Shown one piece after another: positions 1 through 9,990 of a DNA stretch of 64,000 bases (the stretch's first letter is position 1; the number at the start of each line of letters is the position of its first letter). The notes under the pieces were generated by a model. The model was not told where the DNA came from and ran no database searches. It saw nothing but the letters and a program-made list of their open reading frames with translations. Source of the stretch: a virus (Duplodnaviria; Caudoviricetes); the IMG/VR virus record IMGVR_UViG_3300044957_001482, positions 1-64,000 of that record; one strand, written 5' to 3'. A program made the translations under genes and the position numbers.

Positions 1-375
1 AGCTGCGCTCAGTGTACCACCTGTGGCCAGGTTGCCACCGGTCACGGTACTGGCTGCTGACACTGTACCAGCTGTGCTTACGTTAGCACCAGTGATGTTA
101 CCAGCTGCTGATACTGTACCAGCTGTGGCCAAGTTGCCACCGGTTACGGTACTGACTGCTGAAACTATGCCATTGCTTAACAGGTTACCGGCTGTGACGT
201 TGCCAGTAAATGTCTGTGAGCCGATACTGGCCAGAACCTGCACGTTACCAGAGGCGTCCTTGAAGAACAGTTTGCCATCGGCAGTGTTAATCGCGAGTTC
301 CCCTGACGACAGCACATTGGCCGTCGGTGCAACATTGGGTGTTTCACTGCGTTTAATAAGAATAGTATTAGCCAT
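1..375 (-). CDS. Tail fibre-like protein, N-terminal part (runs off window)
   Basis: Own translation from ATG at 375: MANTILIKRSETPNVAPTANVLSSGELAINTADGKLFFKD, then G-N-x-x-T beta-repeats; open to position 1. Confidence 0.7.
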   Translation of the reverse strand, partial: MANTILIKRSETPNVAPTANVLSSGELAINTADGKLFFKDASGNVQVLASIGSQTFTGNVTAGNLLSNGIVSAVSTVTGGNLATAGTVSAAGNITGANVSTAGTVSAASTVTGGNLATGGTLSAA

Positions 376-414
376 CTCAAAATCCCTTTTGGTTATAGTA
401 GTTACTGCTTGTGA

Positions 415-1071
415 TTAAAACTGGCCACCATTGACAATTTGTGAATCATTGATGACCTTGTACCAAGGCGTCCAGAGATCGCTCCAGTAACTGCGATTGA
501 ACTGGACTGTGACATCGGCCTGCTGTTCACCCGGAAAAAACATCTGGGTTATTCCAGTCTCTGTACCGTTGGTGCTGTGCAAAACTTCCAAAATTCCAAC
601 AAATATCAAGCTGTCCGTCGGTGCACCGGTAACACCTGCCCACGATGTGCGGTCCACGGTATAAACTCCCATCAGGGTGAGATCGTCCCAATTGTTTGAA
701 TCTGCACCTCGATCAGCTAATACACCCTCGCTGAGATTCACCTGATAGCCATCTCCTACAGCAATCAATTGTCCATCTATGTCGGACAATGTCAGGGAGC
801 CAAGGTGTATGTTGTTGCCGGAAACATAGAGTTCTTTCCAGCCATATTCAGATGATCCTAGACTGTAAACATTGTTGGTCGACGGTATTAGGTTACCAGA
901 AATAACAGGATAAACACCGGCATAGGGAAGACTGTTCCATGCCGTGACACCGTCACCGTATTTAATCAGATTGGTATCGGTTTCTAGTCCGGGTTCGGCC
1001 AAGGCCAGAACTGGATTAGCCGTGGTCCAGTTCGCTGCGGTGTCGCGTCTAAGCTGTATTCTTGACGGCAT
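415..1071 (-). CDS. Tail fibre protein with Mtd-N/hyaluronidase-like N-terminal domain
   Basis: RIQLRRDTAANW...NPVLALAEPGLETDTNLIKYGDGVTAWNSLPY motif; knob-like C-terminus ending WTPWYKV. Confidence 0.7.
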   Translation of the reverse strand: MPSRIQLRRDTAANWTTANPVLALAEPGLETDTNLIKYGDGVTAWNSLPYAGVYPVISGNLIPSTNNVYSLGSSEYGWKELYVSGNNIHLGSLTLSDIDGQLIAVGDGYQVNLSEGVLADRGADSNNWDDLTLMGVYTVDRTSWAGVTGAPTDSLIFVGILEVLHSTNGTETGITQMFFPGEQQADVTVQFNRSYWSDLWTPWYKVINDSQIVNGGQF

Positions 1072-1145
1072 GGTTGTTCCTTTATGTTAACCCTGATATT
1101 TATCAGACAGGCAAATTTTTGTCTGTTGTGTATTTGTTTCGAAGG

Positions 1146-1664
1146 TCAAAAAGAATTGGCGTTGCCGCCGTCAATGAAACCGTTGAATCCGGCAGCGGTT
1201 ATCTCCCCAACTACCGAGATCGACCCGGATGCCATGACATTTGCGGCGGAGACTGTGCCTGATGCTGATACCGTGGCTCCTGTTACGGCACCTGCTGTTA
1301 CGACATTTCCTGCAGAAATGTTGCCTGTGACCGAAAGTGTGGATGTCTGTACGTTGCCCACAAAAAAAGCAGCATACACTGTGTCGAATCTCCGGGTAGG
1401 AGACCCAATGTCATGCACTCGATCGATGTTGGGTTGGATGGAACTGTTGCTCTGCACATTGCCTATGCCATTGCCGGCCAGTACCAAGTTGTTGTTGGTT
1501 CCTGTGACACCAATGGTATTACCGGTGATCACTACCTGCGAGTCTGCCAGTCCTGTGGCATAGATTTCGGCAAAATTGGCGTTGATCGCGACAAATGCCT
1601 CTTTCAGCGATTCCCCACTGCCATCGTTGATTACATTTCCGGTATTGATAATCTGCTGTGACAT
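1146..1664 (-). CDS. Baseplate/fibre protein with gp9/gp10-like N-terminal motif
   Basis: QQIINTGNVINDGSGESLKEAFVAINANFAEIY motif; start moved to ATG 1664. Confidence 0.6.
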   Translation of the reverse strand: MSQQIINTGNVINDGSGESLKEAFVAINANFAEIYATGLADSQVVITGNTIGVTGTNNNLVLAGNGIGNVQSNSSIQPNIDRVHDIGSPTRRFDTVYAAFFVGNVQTSTLSVTGNISAGNVVTAGAVTGATVSASGTVSAANVMASGSISVVGEITAAGFNGFIDGGNANSF

Positions 1665-1791
1665 TGGTTTAATTCTTTTGTAATATTTTAAAGAGACACA
1701 CAATATATATCCATATTTCTTTTCCTGGCTGATAAAATCGATAATAGGCCACGGTAGCCAACTGTGTCGGCATCGTCAATCACAACAAGGA

Positions 1792-2178
1792 CTATCTAGG
1801 GTATCCGCAGAACGGTTTGAGAGGACTTTGCGCATTGACCAAGGCGGGTTCATTGCTGGTAGAAGAACTCCCCGGGCGTCGGCCGCCCGGGGTCTTGGTC
1901 ATGCTGAGTGCCTGGTCGATCACTTGCTCGATGCCTGCATCCATGCCCACTACTACGCTATGCTTACCGAACGCAGGTTCGGGTGACCACACAGGACGAT
2001 AAGGGTTAACATCATCGTCGATGTAATCTGACCTAGCACGGGCAATGGCCACTCCAAATCTATAGTGTTGGTAAGTATTATCGGTACTCAATCCCGGCAG
2101 TACATAGGTATAGCTCAGCGGTCCGTCTATCTCGGGCGGTAACTCTCGATGTTCTCGGATAAATTCGCGTGCTCTCAT
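1792..2178 (-). CDS. Putative internal head protein (MRAREFIRE), paralog of 2175-2549
   Basis: Shares N-terminus and a SP(L/V)xxFxGY C-terminus with its neighbour. Confidence 0.55.
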   Translation of the reverse strand: MRAREFIREHRELPPEIDGPLSYTYVLPGLSTDNTYQHYRFGVAIARARSDYIDDDVNPYRPVWSPEPAFGKHSVVVGMDAGIEQVIDQALSMTKTPGGRRPGSSSTSNEPALVNAQSPLKPFCGYPR

Positions 2179-2549
2179 CGCGTATAACCCTTGAACCCCA
2201 CCACAGGACTACGTGTGTTGGTATCCGGTACCTCCTCGGACTCCATGTCACCGTGATTGAGGTCATACCAATCAGCACCAGCGGCCCGGAAAGCCATCTT
2301 GAGTATGTCTTGTTCCTCGCGGGTATACGGATGTGCAGATTTGTGTTTGCCTATCCAGGATTTTTTGTCCATGTCCGGTACAAAAGTGCCATCAGTGGCC
2401 GCAGCGGCCATCATCACACGATTCAGCGTGTAGTCTGTGTTCCACCGTTCGCGATCGCGAAAGAGATTGAGACCGCGCGTGGCATATCGTTTGCGCTTGC
2501 CGATGGGTGCGTTTCCGGCTACTTCCGCGATGAATTCTCTTGCACGCAC
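2175..2549 (-). CDS. Putative internal head protein (MRAREFIAE)
   Basis: GTG start; N-terminus resembles the T4 capsid targeting sequence MKTYQEFIAE. Confidence 0.55.
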   Translation of the reverse strand: MRAREFIAEVAGNAPIGKRKRYATRGLNLFRDRERWNTDYTLNRVMMAAAATDGTFVPDMDKKSWIGKHKSAHPYTREEQDILKMAFRAAGADWYDLNHGDMESEEVPDTNTRSPVVGFKGYTR

Positions 2550-2554
2550 GAGAA

Positions 2555-2854
2555 TCAGTGCCCAGTACCTGTGTTTGCGATCACTCCGGCCTGTGCAGAT
2601 GTTCTGGTGCCAAGTTCAGTCGCAGTCCAGTTGGCACCGGTCACTGTGACCCGATTTCCCACGCCCACATAGACCTGGTTAATCGAACTAGCCGGTAGCT
2701 GCACCGGAGCTGAATAAAGATTTCCAACCGCTGGTTGGCTGCCCAATGCAGTGGCATAGACCTGATAAGTCACTGCGGTGGTCGAAGTGGCAATTTCAAG
2801 TTTATCTGTATAGACCACTGCGTTGGCCAGAGCAGTATAGACGTTTGCAACCAT
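2555..2854 (-). CDS. Hypothetical virion protein
   Basis: 99-aa Thr/Ala/Val-rich ORF in a tightly packed minus-strand operon. Confidence 0.6.
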   Translation of the reverse strand: MVANVYTALANAVVYTDKLEIATSTTAVTYQVYATALGSQPAVGNLYSAPVQLPASSINQVYVGVGNRVTVTGANWTATELGTRTSAQAGVIANTGTGH

Positions 2855-3027
2855 TATTTGTTGTCCTTGGCGTCACGACCGGTGTAGGGCCGATAAAGAT
2901 TACGAGTTTGATTGAGCACTCCGGGAATTTCTACATAAGGTTGTGGAACTGCAACAGGTTGCGGCATAGTACGCATGAGATCCTCCGGGGTTTGAGATTG
3001 AGCAACGGTGGTGTATACTTTTAGCAT
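2854..3027 (-). CDS. Small hypothetical protein (57 aa)
   Basis: Own translation MLKVYTTVAQ...DAKDNK; fills the gap, TAATG stop/start overlap with next gene. Confidence 0.55.
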   Translation of the reverse strand: MLKVYTTVAQSQTPEDLMRTMPQPVAVPQPYVEIPGVLNQTRNLYRPYTGRDAKDNK

Positions 3028-3036
3028 TTTATTTTT

Positions 3037-4581
3037 CTACCATTTACGACACGACCAATACCTAGCCGAAGTTCTATCTTTTGCAGTGTCGCAATTGTGA
3101 CGAGCGCGAAAACTTCTTCGGCGCGCGGGATTTGATTTTTTGATACGCATGTTAGGGTCGCCAAAGTTCACTTTCTTGACATTGCCTGTTTTAGGATCTT
3201 TGACATAAACCTTGAACTTTTTGACATCGCCTTGCATGGGCTTGCCCAAGGCCACTTCGCGTCCCTGATATTCGGCTTCGTCGATGCCCATTTCTTTTTG
3301 GCGTGTAGCAAATTCACGACGGTGTAGATCAGCAGCCTGTTCGAGATCTTGTAACGAAGCCTGCCAGTCACGGCTCTTGCTGGGCAAAAAACGCTCTTGT
3401 TTTCTAAAAACTGCCGGACGGTCGATCTTGTCGCGACTGGCACGCGCTGCTGCCACGTCGTATTCTGCAGCCTCGTCGAGTCCTTCTTCTGCAGCTCCCT
3501 TGCACCAGCCATCTTCCCACTCCATGGCTTTACTGGGATCAGTGTCTTGGAATGGGTTTGAACTACGGCTCTTGTGGTACAATGCAGCAGCACGATGGCC
3601 CATTTCGTAAGCATTGCCGGTTGGTTTATCGTCGCTGACGTTCCCCAGACGATCTAGTACTTCTCTCATGTATACGCATGATCCTTCCATGCTGGCGATA
3701 GGCCGGACCGGAGCATCAGCGATGTCTTTTTCCCGTTGCGAAATGTCGCCCTCAGCTAGACCTGCTCTACGGCGCATTTCGTCCAACTCATATGCTTCCG
3801 TGGCCTTGACTATGTCTCGGTACTTGGCCATCCAGGCATCCTTGGTCACACGGTATGCCGTAAAAAACTCCCTCGGCGACATCCGTTTCCAATCTTGGTA
3901 TTGGATCGCGATGGCTTTCATGGCACCTTCTTCTACCCAATCTTCTTCGACACCCATGAAGCCCGGAATATCGTTTTGTTCTTGCATACGACGTTGTGCT
4001 CTCTCAAGGCCGCATTCTCTGCGATCGGCCTCGCGTTCGTGCTCCTGTGCCTGCCAGTCCTCCGGGCCGTGCACATGACGCCGAGTCTTGGCTGCTGCTG
4101 CATGACGGGCCATGTCGCGCTGTGCTGCTTGCATGTAGCGTTCTACGCGGCCTGAGCTGAGTTCGTCCACACGGTCTGACCCTTCGAGGCCCTGGCGTAC
4201 TAAGTTGACAAATGCTGACACATCCGACGTACCAATTTCGTCAAGATCGCCGTTGCCATAATAATCCGCTGCATCATCGATGGCAGCCAGCACACGGTCG
4301 ATTCCGTGGCGGCTCAGTAGATCCATGTGATGGCTCATAATTCTGCGCGAGATAGCACTGCGTATTGCATCGCGACTGTCTTTGGACAGCATGCCATAAC
4401 TTTCCAGGATTTCCATGAACCGATCATCGGCTTCTAATATCACACTGTCTTCGACAACATCTACGATGGCAGTTTCCAGCAGGCATTCTTCTCGTATGTT
4501 GATCGAAAAGTGATCGCCCGACGCCGGATGATCCTGTGTGGATTCGGTTTCTGTTATGTAATCGCGCAGATTTTTTGTCAT
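3037..4581 (-). CDS. Head-associated protein with DUF6321-like basic C-terminal domain
   Basis: C-terminal KKFKVYVKDPKTGNVKKVNFGDPNM...SFRARHNC...ARYWSCRKW; many LDE/VEE motifs. Confidence 0.6.
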   Translation of the reverse strand: MTKNLRDYITETESTQDHPASGDHFSINIREECLLETAIVDVVEDSVILEADDRFMEILESYGMLSKDSRDAIRSAISRRIMSHHMDLLSRHGIDRVLAAIDDAADYYGNGDLDEIGTSDVSAFVNLVRQGLEGSDRVDELSSGRVERYMQAAQRDMARHAAAAKTRRHVHGPEDWQAQEHEREADRRECGLERAQRRMQEQNDIPGFMGVEEDWVEEGAMKAIAIQYQDWKRMSPREFFTAYRVTKDAWMAKYRDIVKATEAYELDEMRRRAGLAEGDISQREKDIADAPVRPIASMEGSCVYMREVLDRLGNVSDDKPTGNAYEMGHRAAALYHKSRSSNPFQDTDPSKAMEWEDGWCKGAAEEGLDEAAEYDVAAARASRDKIDRPAVFRKQERFLPSKSRDWQASLQDLEQAADLHRREFATRQKEMGIDEAEYQGREVALGKPMQGDVKKFKVYVKDPKTGNVKKVNFGDPNMRIKKSNPARRRSFRARHNCDTAKDRTSARYWSCRKW

Positions 4582-4585
4582 GTTG

Positions 4586-6571
4586 TCAGGCCTTGTATGC
4601 TTTCCACAGTTGACTCATGGCAAGAATGCTTTCTTGGACTTCTTTGTTGCCTTTGTGCTTTTCTGCCGCTGCCTTTTTCATGGATTCCTTGCGATCACCG
4701 TCGTTGTCCAAATCGATGTAGTCTGGCTTTGCTGCTTCTACGATGCCTGCCATTTCGCGCAGTCGATCCAGGTCATCATCATCGTCGTCCGACTCTATGC
4801 GATCCATCTGGCTGGCCACGATAGGTGCTGTGGTTTGGCCAGTTGACTTGGGCTTGTTGAGGCCACCTGCGTATTGCAGAGCATCATTGGATGTTTCAGT
4901 GTTGGTAGGCCAATCAGGTTGATTTTCATCTACCTGCTCAGCACAAACACAGGGCTCCTGACTGCAGGTAGGGCAAGCATGCGAATCTGCACCCATGGTG
5001 CCCACGCCGGCCATCTTTAGGAGTTTGATCAGCTTCACAGCATCTTGATCGGTAGCTTCGACTGTGACACTGGGTTGATTTTCTGTGCTGTATTCCATGC
5101 TGACTGCCATGCTTTCGGCGATAAGGTTTTCTACTTCGCGGTTGAACGAATCATAGATTCCTTTGCCAAGCTGCATGCTACCTTTGCCTTTAGTCGGTGC
5201 GTCAGCGGTAGGTGCCACTGATCCTGCTACCGTAGTTTCTTTTACTGGCTTTTCCTTTTTGTTTCCTTCGCTTTCTCGTTTGGTGCATTCGCGATGTTTG
5301 GCAAAAACTTTTTCGTTGTGTTCTTTGCCGGAAGGCACAGATCGACGAGCATCTGCTTGACCCGTGTCACCTTCTCGGACTTTCTCGGGTAGACCTTTTT
5401 CCTTGGTCTTGGCAAATTTCTTCAGTTCACCGGTAGGCATCTCGGCCATGGCCTTTGATGCGCCACGCAGTTCGCTACGTGGAATGTAGCCTTTTTGTGC
5501 TGCACGAGCGATGCCTGCGGCCCTGCGTTGAGCTTGACTCACTGCCTTTTCGGCTACCATTTCGTCTTCGGGACGATTGGCCTTGAGATAGTCGCGGGCC
5601 GAATCTATGTATTCCTGAGCCAAGGTAATTTTCTTCTGTACCCATTCGGGCAGGTTTTCATTGTCTGCCAGCATGTCTCGAAGATCCATGGCTGCGTCGG
5701 CAATGGTATAACTCTGACTCTTGGCCATTTCACCTTCTTTGTCGTATTCGTCGCGGTCGTAATCTTCGTCCATGTCGGATTCGCCAATGGCATCTTTCTT
5801 GAGCAGTTTGCTGCGACCTGTGGGTCCCGTGGCGCCAATGGCGCGCTTGGTGCCTGTGGGACGACCCATGGTCTTGAGCTTGTCATCGTCATCGTCCGCA
5901 ACTTCGCGTTCTTGTTCTGCTCGGCGGCGATGTGTCATCCCCGAGAGTGTTTTGGTAATGGTACCCTTGGCACCACGATAGGTATCCCCGGGCTGCGCCC
6001 GGAGATCAAACTTTTCTTTGGTATCAAATTCGCGTTCGTCTAGTTCGGCTTCTGTGACCTTGTAGATTTTGCCGTCGACTTTGAACGTGGACGATCCGGT
6101 CTCACGAGCCTTGGCCAGTGCACCCGAGAATTCGTTGCCTTCGTCCATGTCGGCTTCTTCTACCGATTCTTTAGCACGCAGTTTGGCCAGCACAGCACCT
6201 GCGACTTTTCCTCCGCGTTCTTCGCTGCCGTGGCGTTCCGACGCAGACTTGGCAATCTTGGCAAAGTTCTTGCTGGGTTTGCCAATGTCTTTGCCGGCAC
6301 GTGCTGCCCTGGCAGAATAAGAGACCTCTTCCATGCGACCGCAGGAACCTTCCTCCACAGCTTTGAGTTCTTTTTGGGTGGCGCCGGCACGTCGAGCAGC
6401 CGCAGCATCTTGGAGATCTCGAGTCTTGTGGTACTTGGCCGTCGACTCTTTGCGTGAACCCCCCTGACTTTTGGGATTGTAGTCAGTGGCACTGACACCT
6501 TCGTTTAGGGTTTCTTTTGGTGCAGCCAGTTCGTTGAGTCTGCGATTTAGATCGTAAAAAAATGTGCTCAC
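4586..6571 (-). CDS. Large charged internal head/prohead core protein
   Basis: 661 aa, GTG start with SD GGAG; repeated (L/V/M)xE motifs typical of gp21 substrates. Confidence 0.6.
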   Translation of the reverse strand: MSTFFYDLNRRLNELAAPKETLNEGVSATDYNPKSQGGSRKESTAKYHKTRDLQDAAAARRAGATQKELKAVEEGSCGRMEEVSYSARAARAGKDIGKPSKNFAKIAKSASERHGSEERGGKVAGAVLAKLRAKESVEEADMDEGNEFSGALAKARETGSSTFKVDGKIYKVTEAELDEREFDTKEKFDLRAQPGDTYRGAKGTITKTLSGMTHRRRAEQEREVADDDDDKLKTMGRPTGTKRAIGATGPTGRSKLLKKDAIGESDMDEDYDRDEYDKEGEMAKSQSYTIADAAMDLRDMLADNENLPEWVQKKITLAQEYIDSARDYLKANRPEDEMVAEKAVSQAQRRAAGIARAAQKGYIPRSELRGASKAMAEMPTGELKKFAKTKEKGLPEKVREGDTGQADARRSVPSGKEHNEKVFAKHRECTKRESEGNKKEKPVKETTVAGSVAPTADAPTKGKGSMQLGKGIYDSFNREVENLIAESMAVSMEYSTENQPSVTVEATDQDAVKLIKLLKMAGVGTMGADSHACPTCSQEPCVCAEQVDENQPDWPTNTETSNDALQYAGGLNKPKSTGQTTAPIVASQMDRIESDDDDDDLDRLREMAGIVEAAKPDYIDLDNDGDRKESMKKAAAEKHKGNKEVQESILAMSQLWKAYKA

Positions 6572-6639
6572 ATTGGACTCCTTGACATTATAAATTATTT
6601 ATGAACGTATGCGATTGTTTATCTGATGAATACTGATGC

Positions 6640-6834
6640 TCAAAAGTCGCCTTGAGCATAATGTAAATCATAGTGTTCCTGTAGTGTCACTGCTATCAAG
6701 TTGGATGGATCATTGTTGACATGGTCTCTATCTTTATGATGTATTTCGTAACTTCTACCACTGGGTTCTTTTGGAATTGATCCAAAATGTTTCTCATAGA
6801 TTTTACGATAATTAACACGTGAATAAGTACTCAT
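6640..6834 (-). pseudogene. Truncated HNH homing endonuclease
   Basis: YEIHHKDRDHVNNDPSNL...EHYDLH HNH motif; ends after 64 aa with no DNA-binding tail. Confidence 0.65.
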
Positions 6835-6902
6835 GCGGACGCTCCTCTATAGCGTTAGAGCAGTTAGGGGCGGCAATCCCGTGAACTACATTTTTGTTTA
6901 CC

Positions 6903-7511
6903 CTATCCCCGGGGCTGTGCGCCGGTGGGCGGCTTGGGCGGACGTTTGATACGGCTCATGGGACTGTTAGTTCCCATGGGCAATTCATTTGTGGTCTTGG
7001 CCAGGGCAGTGCGTCCGCCGGCCACGGTGAAGTCGGTGCGGTATGCGTTTTTGAGCACCACGTGATCATGTGGTTCGGCACTGTAGTCTTTTTTGAGCTC
7101 GCGCTGCTCTGCATCTGGTGCAGGATAGTCGGTATCTGTGAGCAGACCCTTGTTTTCCGACTCGATGTCTTGCATTTCCTGAGTCATGCTGTTGTCCCAG
7201 GTCACTGTGTGCATGACAATACGGTTGGGATCAAGGTGCAACAACTGTGCCAACTGCTTGATCTGCGGTTCGATAGCCGGGTAACGAAAGCTCACATCAA
7301 ACATGGTCACGGCGTCGTTGCGGAAGTTGGGAAAGTCTGTGAGCACTGACTGGATGGGAGTGGTCTTGACATCGCCCATGCGCACTGGGTCAAATTGGTC
7401 AAACTTTGATTTGAGTTTTTTTACGAACTCACTGGGCACGCGACCACAAATTTTGATGCGATAATCATAGGTGCGTTCACTTTCGGCTAGGTATTTGGCG
7501 AATGATTTCAT
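6903..7511 (-). CDS. Conserved hypothetical head protein (MKSFAKYLAE)
   Basis: 202-aa ORF downstream of a TAAATA motif; CTS-like N-terminus. Confidence 0.6.
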   Translation of the reverse strand: MKSFAKYLAESERTYDYRIKICGRVPSEFVKKLKSKFDQFDPVRMGDVKTTPIQSVLTDFPNFRNDAVTMFDVSFRYPAIEPQIKQLAQLLHLDPNRIVMHTVTWDNSMTQEMQDIESENKGLLTDTDYPAPDAEQRELKKDYSAEPHDHVVLKNAYRTDFTVAGGRTALAKTTNELPMGTNSPMSRIKRPPKPPTGAQPRG

Positions 7512-7532
7512 TTGAGATATCCTGTTGTATAT

Positions 7533-8012
7533 TTATTCTTTGTTGTCATTTTGTTTGGTACCTAAAATGCGCCCCAACAAATCATTACGGCTCAGTACTA
7601 CACCAGTTCCCTGCGCCGTGGGGTGCGACGCCAACTCGGGCTGATTTTGATCCAGACGCATCTTCTTGAGTTGTAGATCGACCATTTTGAGCTTTTTATC
7701 TAATTTGGCTGTTTTTGCGGTGATCGCATGACCCAACATGTTTGAAGCTACAGAAAAGATATCACTGGCAAATCTTGAATCTACCTGCATACCAAGATCC
7801 ATGAGGTCTCGATAACTAGCTGCGGCCATCTCTGCCAGATCGTCCATTTCTTTGTCCGATGCATCCAGACCACGTACCTGTGGCAAGGCCGTGTCAATCT
7901 TGTCTATGGTCGCATCTATGGATATGATCTGATCATGCAGATTTTCCATGGGTCCGGAATCAAAATTTGTGCTGCGTGGCAGGTCAAAAAGTTCTTCCAA
8001 TTTTTTTGTCAT
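7533..8012 (-). CDS. Probable terminase small subunit (gp16-like)
   Basis: Helical 159 aa with VVLSRNDLL C-terminal motif; position after gp4. Confidence 0.5.
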   Translation of the reverse strand: MTKKLEELFDLPRSTNFDSGPMENLHDQIISIDATIDKIDTALPQVRGLDASDKEMDDLAEMAAASYRDLMDLGMQVDSRFASDIFSVASNMLGHAITAKTAKLDKKLKMVDLQLKKMRLDQNQPELASHPTAQGTGVVLSRNDLLGRILGTKQNDNKE

Positions 8013-8026
8013 GCCGTATTTACCGG

Positions 8027-8458
8027 CTAACGGGATCCTGTGTGAAACATGTCAGATTCAGTGATTACCCGAAAGGTCATGCCATGTCGTTTGGCCCACT
8101 TGGTAGCACAATCCCATTTGGCATAGTTTACTGCCACTATCGCACGATCTCTGTTACTCATCTTTGATTCAACCACACTTTGTTTTTTGGGTTTGATTTC
8201 GATCAATTCGGCACGCACTGTGTTGTCGCGATTGCGATACACTATGATGAAGTCGGGCACATAGTTAGTGATCTTGCCGGTCAGCGGATGGCGATAGGGT
8301 ATGGTCACGCTTTCGCTGGCCCATTGCAGCACATGATCGTTGGTATCACAGAATTGCATGAAACTGTGCTCCCAACCCGACCGATAACGAGGTCTATGCT
8401 TGCCTACGTATTTTTGAGGATTCAGTACTTCATAGATGCCTTGCGCCCACCGTTTCAT
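8027..8458 (-). CDS. Head completion nuclease gp4-like (TnsA-N fold)
   Basis: YRSGWE...WASE...IPY...YVPDF...LIEIKP...NYAKW motifs. Confidence 0.85.
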   Translation of the reverse strand: MKRWAQGIYEVLNPQKYVGKHRPRYRSGWEHSFMQFCDTNDHVLQWASESVTIPYRHPLTGKITNYVPDFIIVYRNRDNTVRAELIEIKPKKQSVVESKMSNRDRAIVAVNYAKWDCATKWAKRHGMTFRVITESDMFHTGSR

Positions 8459-8820
8459 TGCAGCACATTGCGAGCAGCATAAAAGTTAGGAACCACTGGT
8501 ACCCCTAGACCCAACAAGGCAGCACGGCTACGCAGTTGATTGAGGTAGTAGGTCAAACTGGCCGACAACTCGATACCGTTGAGGCCTTGAAACTCGTTCA
8601 ACAAGGTCAGTGGTTCTATTCCAGACTGTTCGGCTACCTGGAACAGTGCCACGGTAAAATAGTCAGCTGTAATGGGACTGGTCATGACACTGCGGAAATA
8701 TGAGTTGATCACATCATATTCTGCAGCAGGCACGAATCGCTCAAACCCGTAGAATTGATCAAAAATCCTCACGGTCTGATCGATGTTGAAATTGACGTTG
8801 TTGATGGATCCAGTTGTCAT
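8455..8820 (-). CDS. Hypothetical virion protein
   Basis: 121-aa ORF overlapping the gp4 start (ATGA). Confidence 0.6.
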   Translation of the reverse strand: MTTGSINNVNFNIDQTVRIFDQFYGFERFVPAAEYDVINSYFRSVMTSPITADYFTVALFQVAEQSGIEPLTLLNEFQGLNGIELSASLTYYLNQLRSRAALLGLGVPVVPNFYAARNVLQ

Positions 8821-8837
8821 GGGGTTATCTACTAGAT

Positions 8838-9980
8838 CTATTTTGGTACAAAAACGCCGCTTGACGAATTGACGAGAGATCGTGTTGCGCCGGGCAACGA
8901 CTGCCGGATCTGATTGCGTGCAATGATCTGTGCTTCATTGGCTATGGTAGCCTTGAGATTGGGGTTGTTGGACAGAGTCTGTGCTGCTCGTCCGGCAGTT
9001 TGCACTGCACCAATGAGACCGGCTCTGCCACCGGACTGTAGATCATTGATGATTCCAATGCCGGCATCCAACAAACCACCTTGGCCAAATATGGTTTGAT
9101 TGGCGCCGGGTCTCGCAATGGGACTGGGCCTGGTATCATAATGGCTGGGGTCTGCAAATCCCTGTACATTGGTGTCGGGTCTGCTGGAGCCAATGGCACC
9201 TTCGTAGTATTTCACGGTTTCATAGACTATGGTCATGGAATGCTGCATGATTCCAGTACCTTCGCTGTAGTTGTAGGTGTCGTGGTTCCAGGCAGATATA
9301 ATTGGGTTGATCAACACATATTCAGCAAATTTTCTCTGGTCCATGCCATAGATACGTATGTCTCGGAAAAACGGTGGTTTGCCCGATGTGGCACTGGTGC
9401 CGTCGGTCCAGGTTTCCCCGATGTATCCCCAGTCCTTGACCTGCATTTCGTTGTCATAGATATCTGCAGCGTTGTACCCAAATCCAGACTGGCGGTTGGC
9501 GCTGGAACCAGCAGATCCATTGGTCACGTTGGGTGTGAGATAGGGCTGTGTGGCATCTTTGTAGTAGTAGGTATAGTAGTAATACCACAGCCTGCGAGCA
9601 TTGTCTCCACCGTCGTCATGGAAGGCAAGATTCACCGGACTATAGTTGATGCGTTTCTGTATCAATCGTTTGCGATTGTATTGATTCATTACCTCGGTGT
9701 CGATGGTATACTTTGGCAGATCTACGTTCTTTACAATGAGGCTGAGTTCTTGTATGTCGCTGTTTGAAAATGCACCGCGCAGATAGGGTATTTCCGCGGT
9801 GTTGATGGTAAAACTCACATGGAATAGAAACTTGAAGCGAGGTTTGAGTTCGTAGCTGTTGGTTGCGAAAACACGACTTGCGTGAGTGTAATCACGCAAG
9901 GTGCTGTTGCCTAAAAACCCTCCTAGCGCCCGACCTAGGATGGAATTGCCGATCCCAAACGGGCCGCCGCCGTTGGACAC
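8838..9980 (-). CDS. Tail tube-like baseplate/tube initiator (gp54-like)
   Basis: VDLPKYTIDTEVMNQYNRKR...YSPVNLAFHDD tube-fold motif; adjacent to tube gene. Confidence 0.6.
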   Translation of the reverse strand: MSNGGGPFGIGNSILGRALGGFLGNSTLRDYTHASRVFATNSYELKPRFKFLFHVSFTINTAEIPYLRGAFSNSDIQELSLIVKNVDLPKYTIDTEVMNQYNRKRLIQKRINYSPVNLAFHDDGGDNARRLWYYYYTYYYKDATQPYLTPNVTNGSAGSSANRQSGFGYNAADIYDNEMQVKDWGYIGETWTDGTSATSGKPPFFRDIRIYGMDQRKFAEYVLINPIISAWNHDTYNYSEGTGIMQHSMTIVYETVKYYEGAIGSSRPDTNVQGFADPSHYDTRPSPIARPGANQTIFGQGGLLDAGIGIINDLQSGGRAGLIGAVQTAGRAAQTLSNNPNLKATIANEAQIIARNQIRQSLPGATRSLVNSSSGVFVPK

Positions 9981-9990
9981 AGGCTAACCT

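Noticed and set aside
7533-8012. Absence of a large terminase next to the small subunit as a novel feature
   Set aside because: The window is a partial genome so the gene may lie outside it, and the gp16 call is itself tentative
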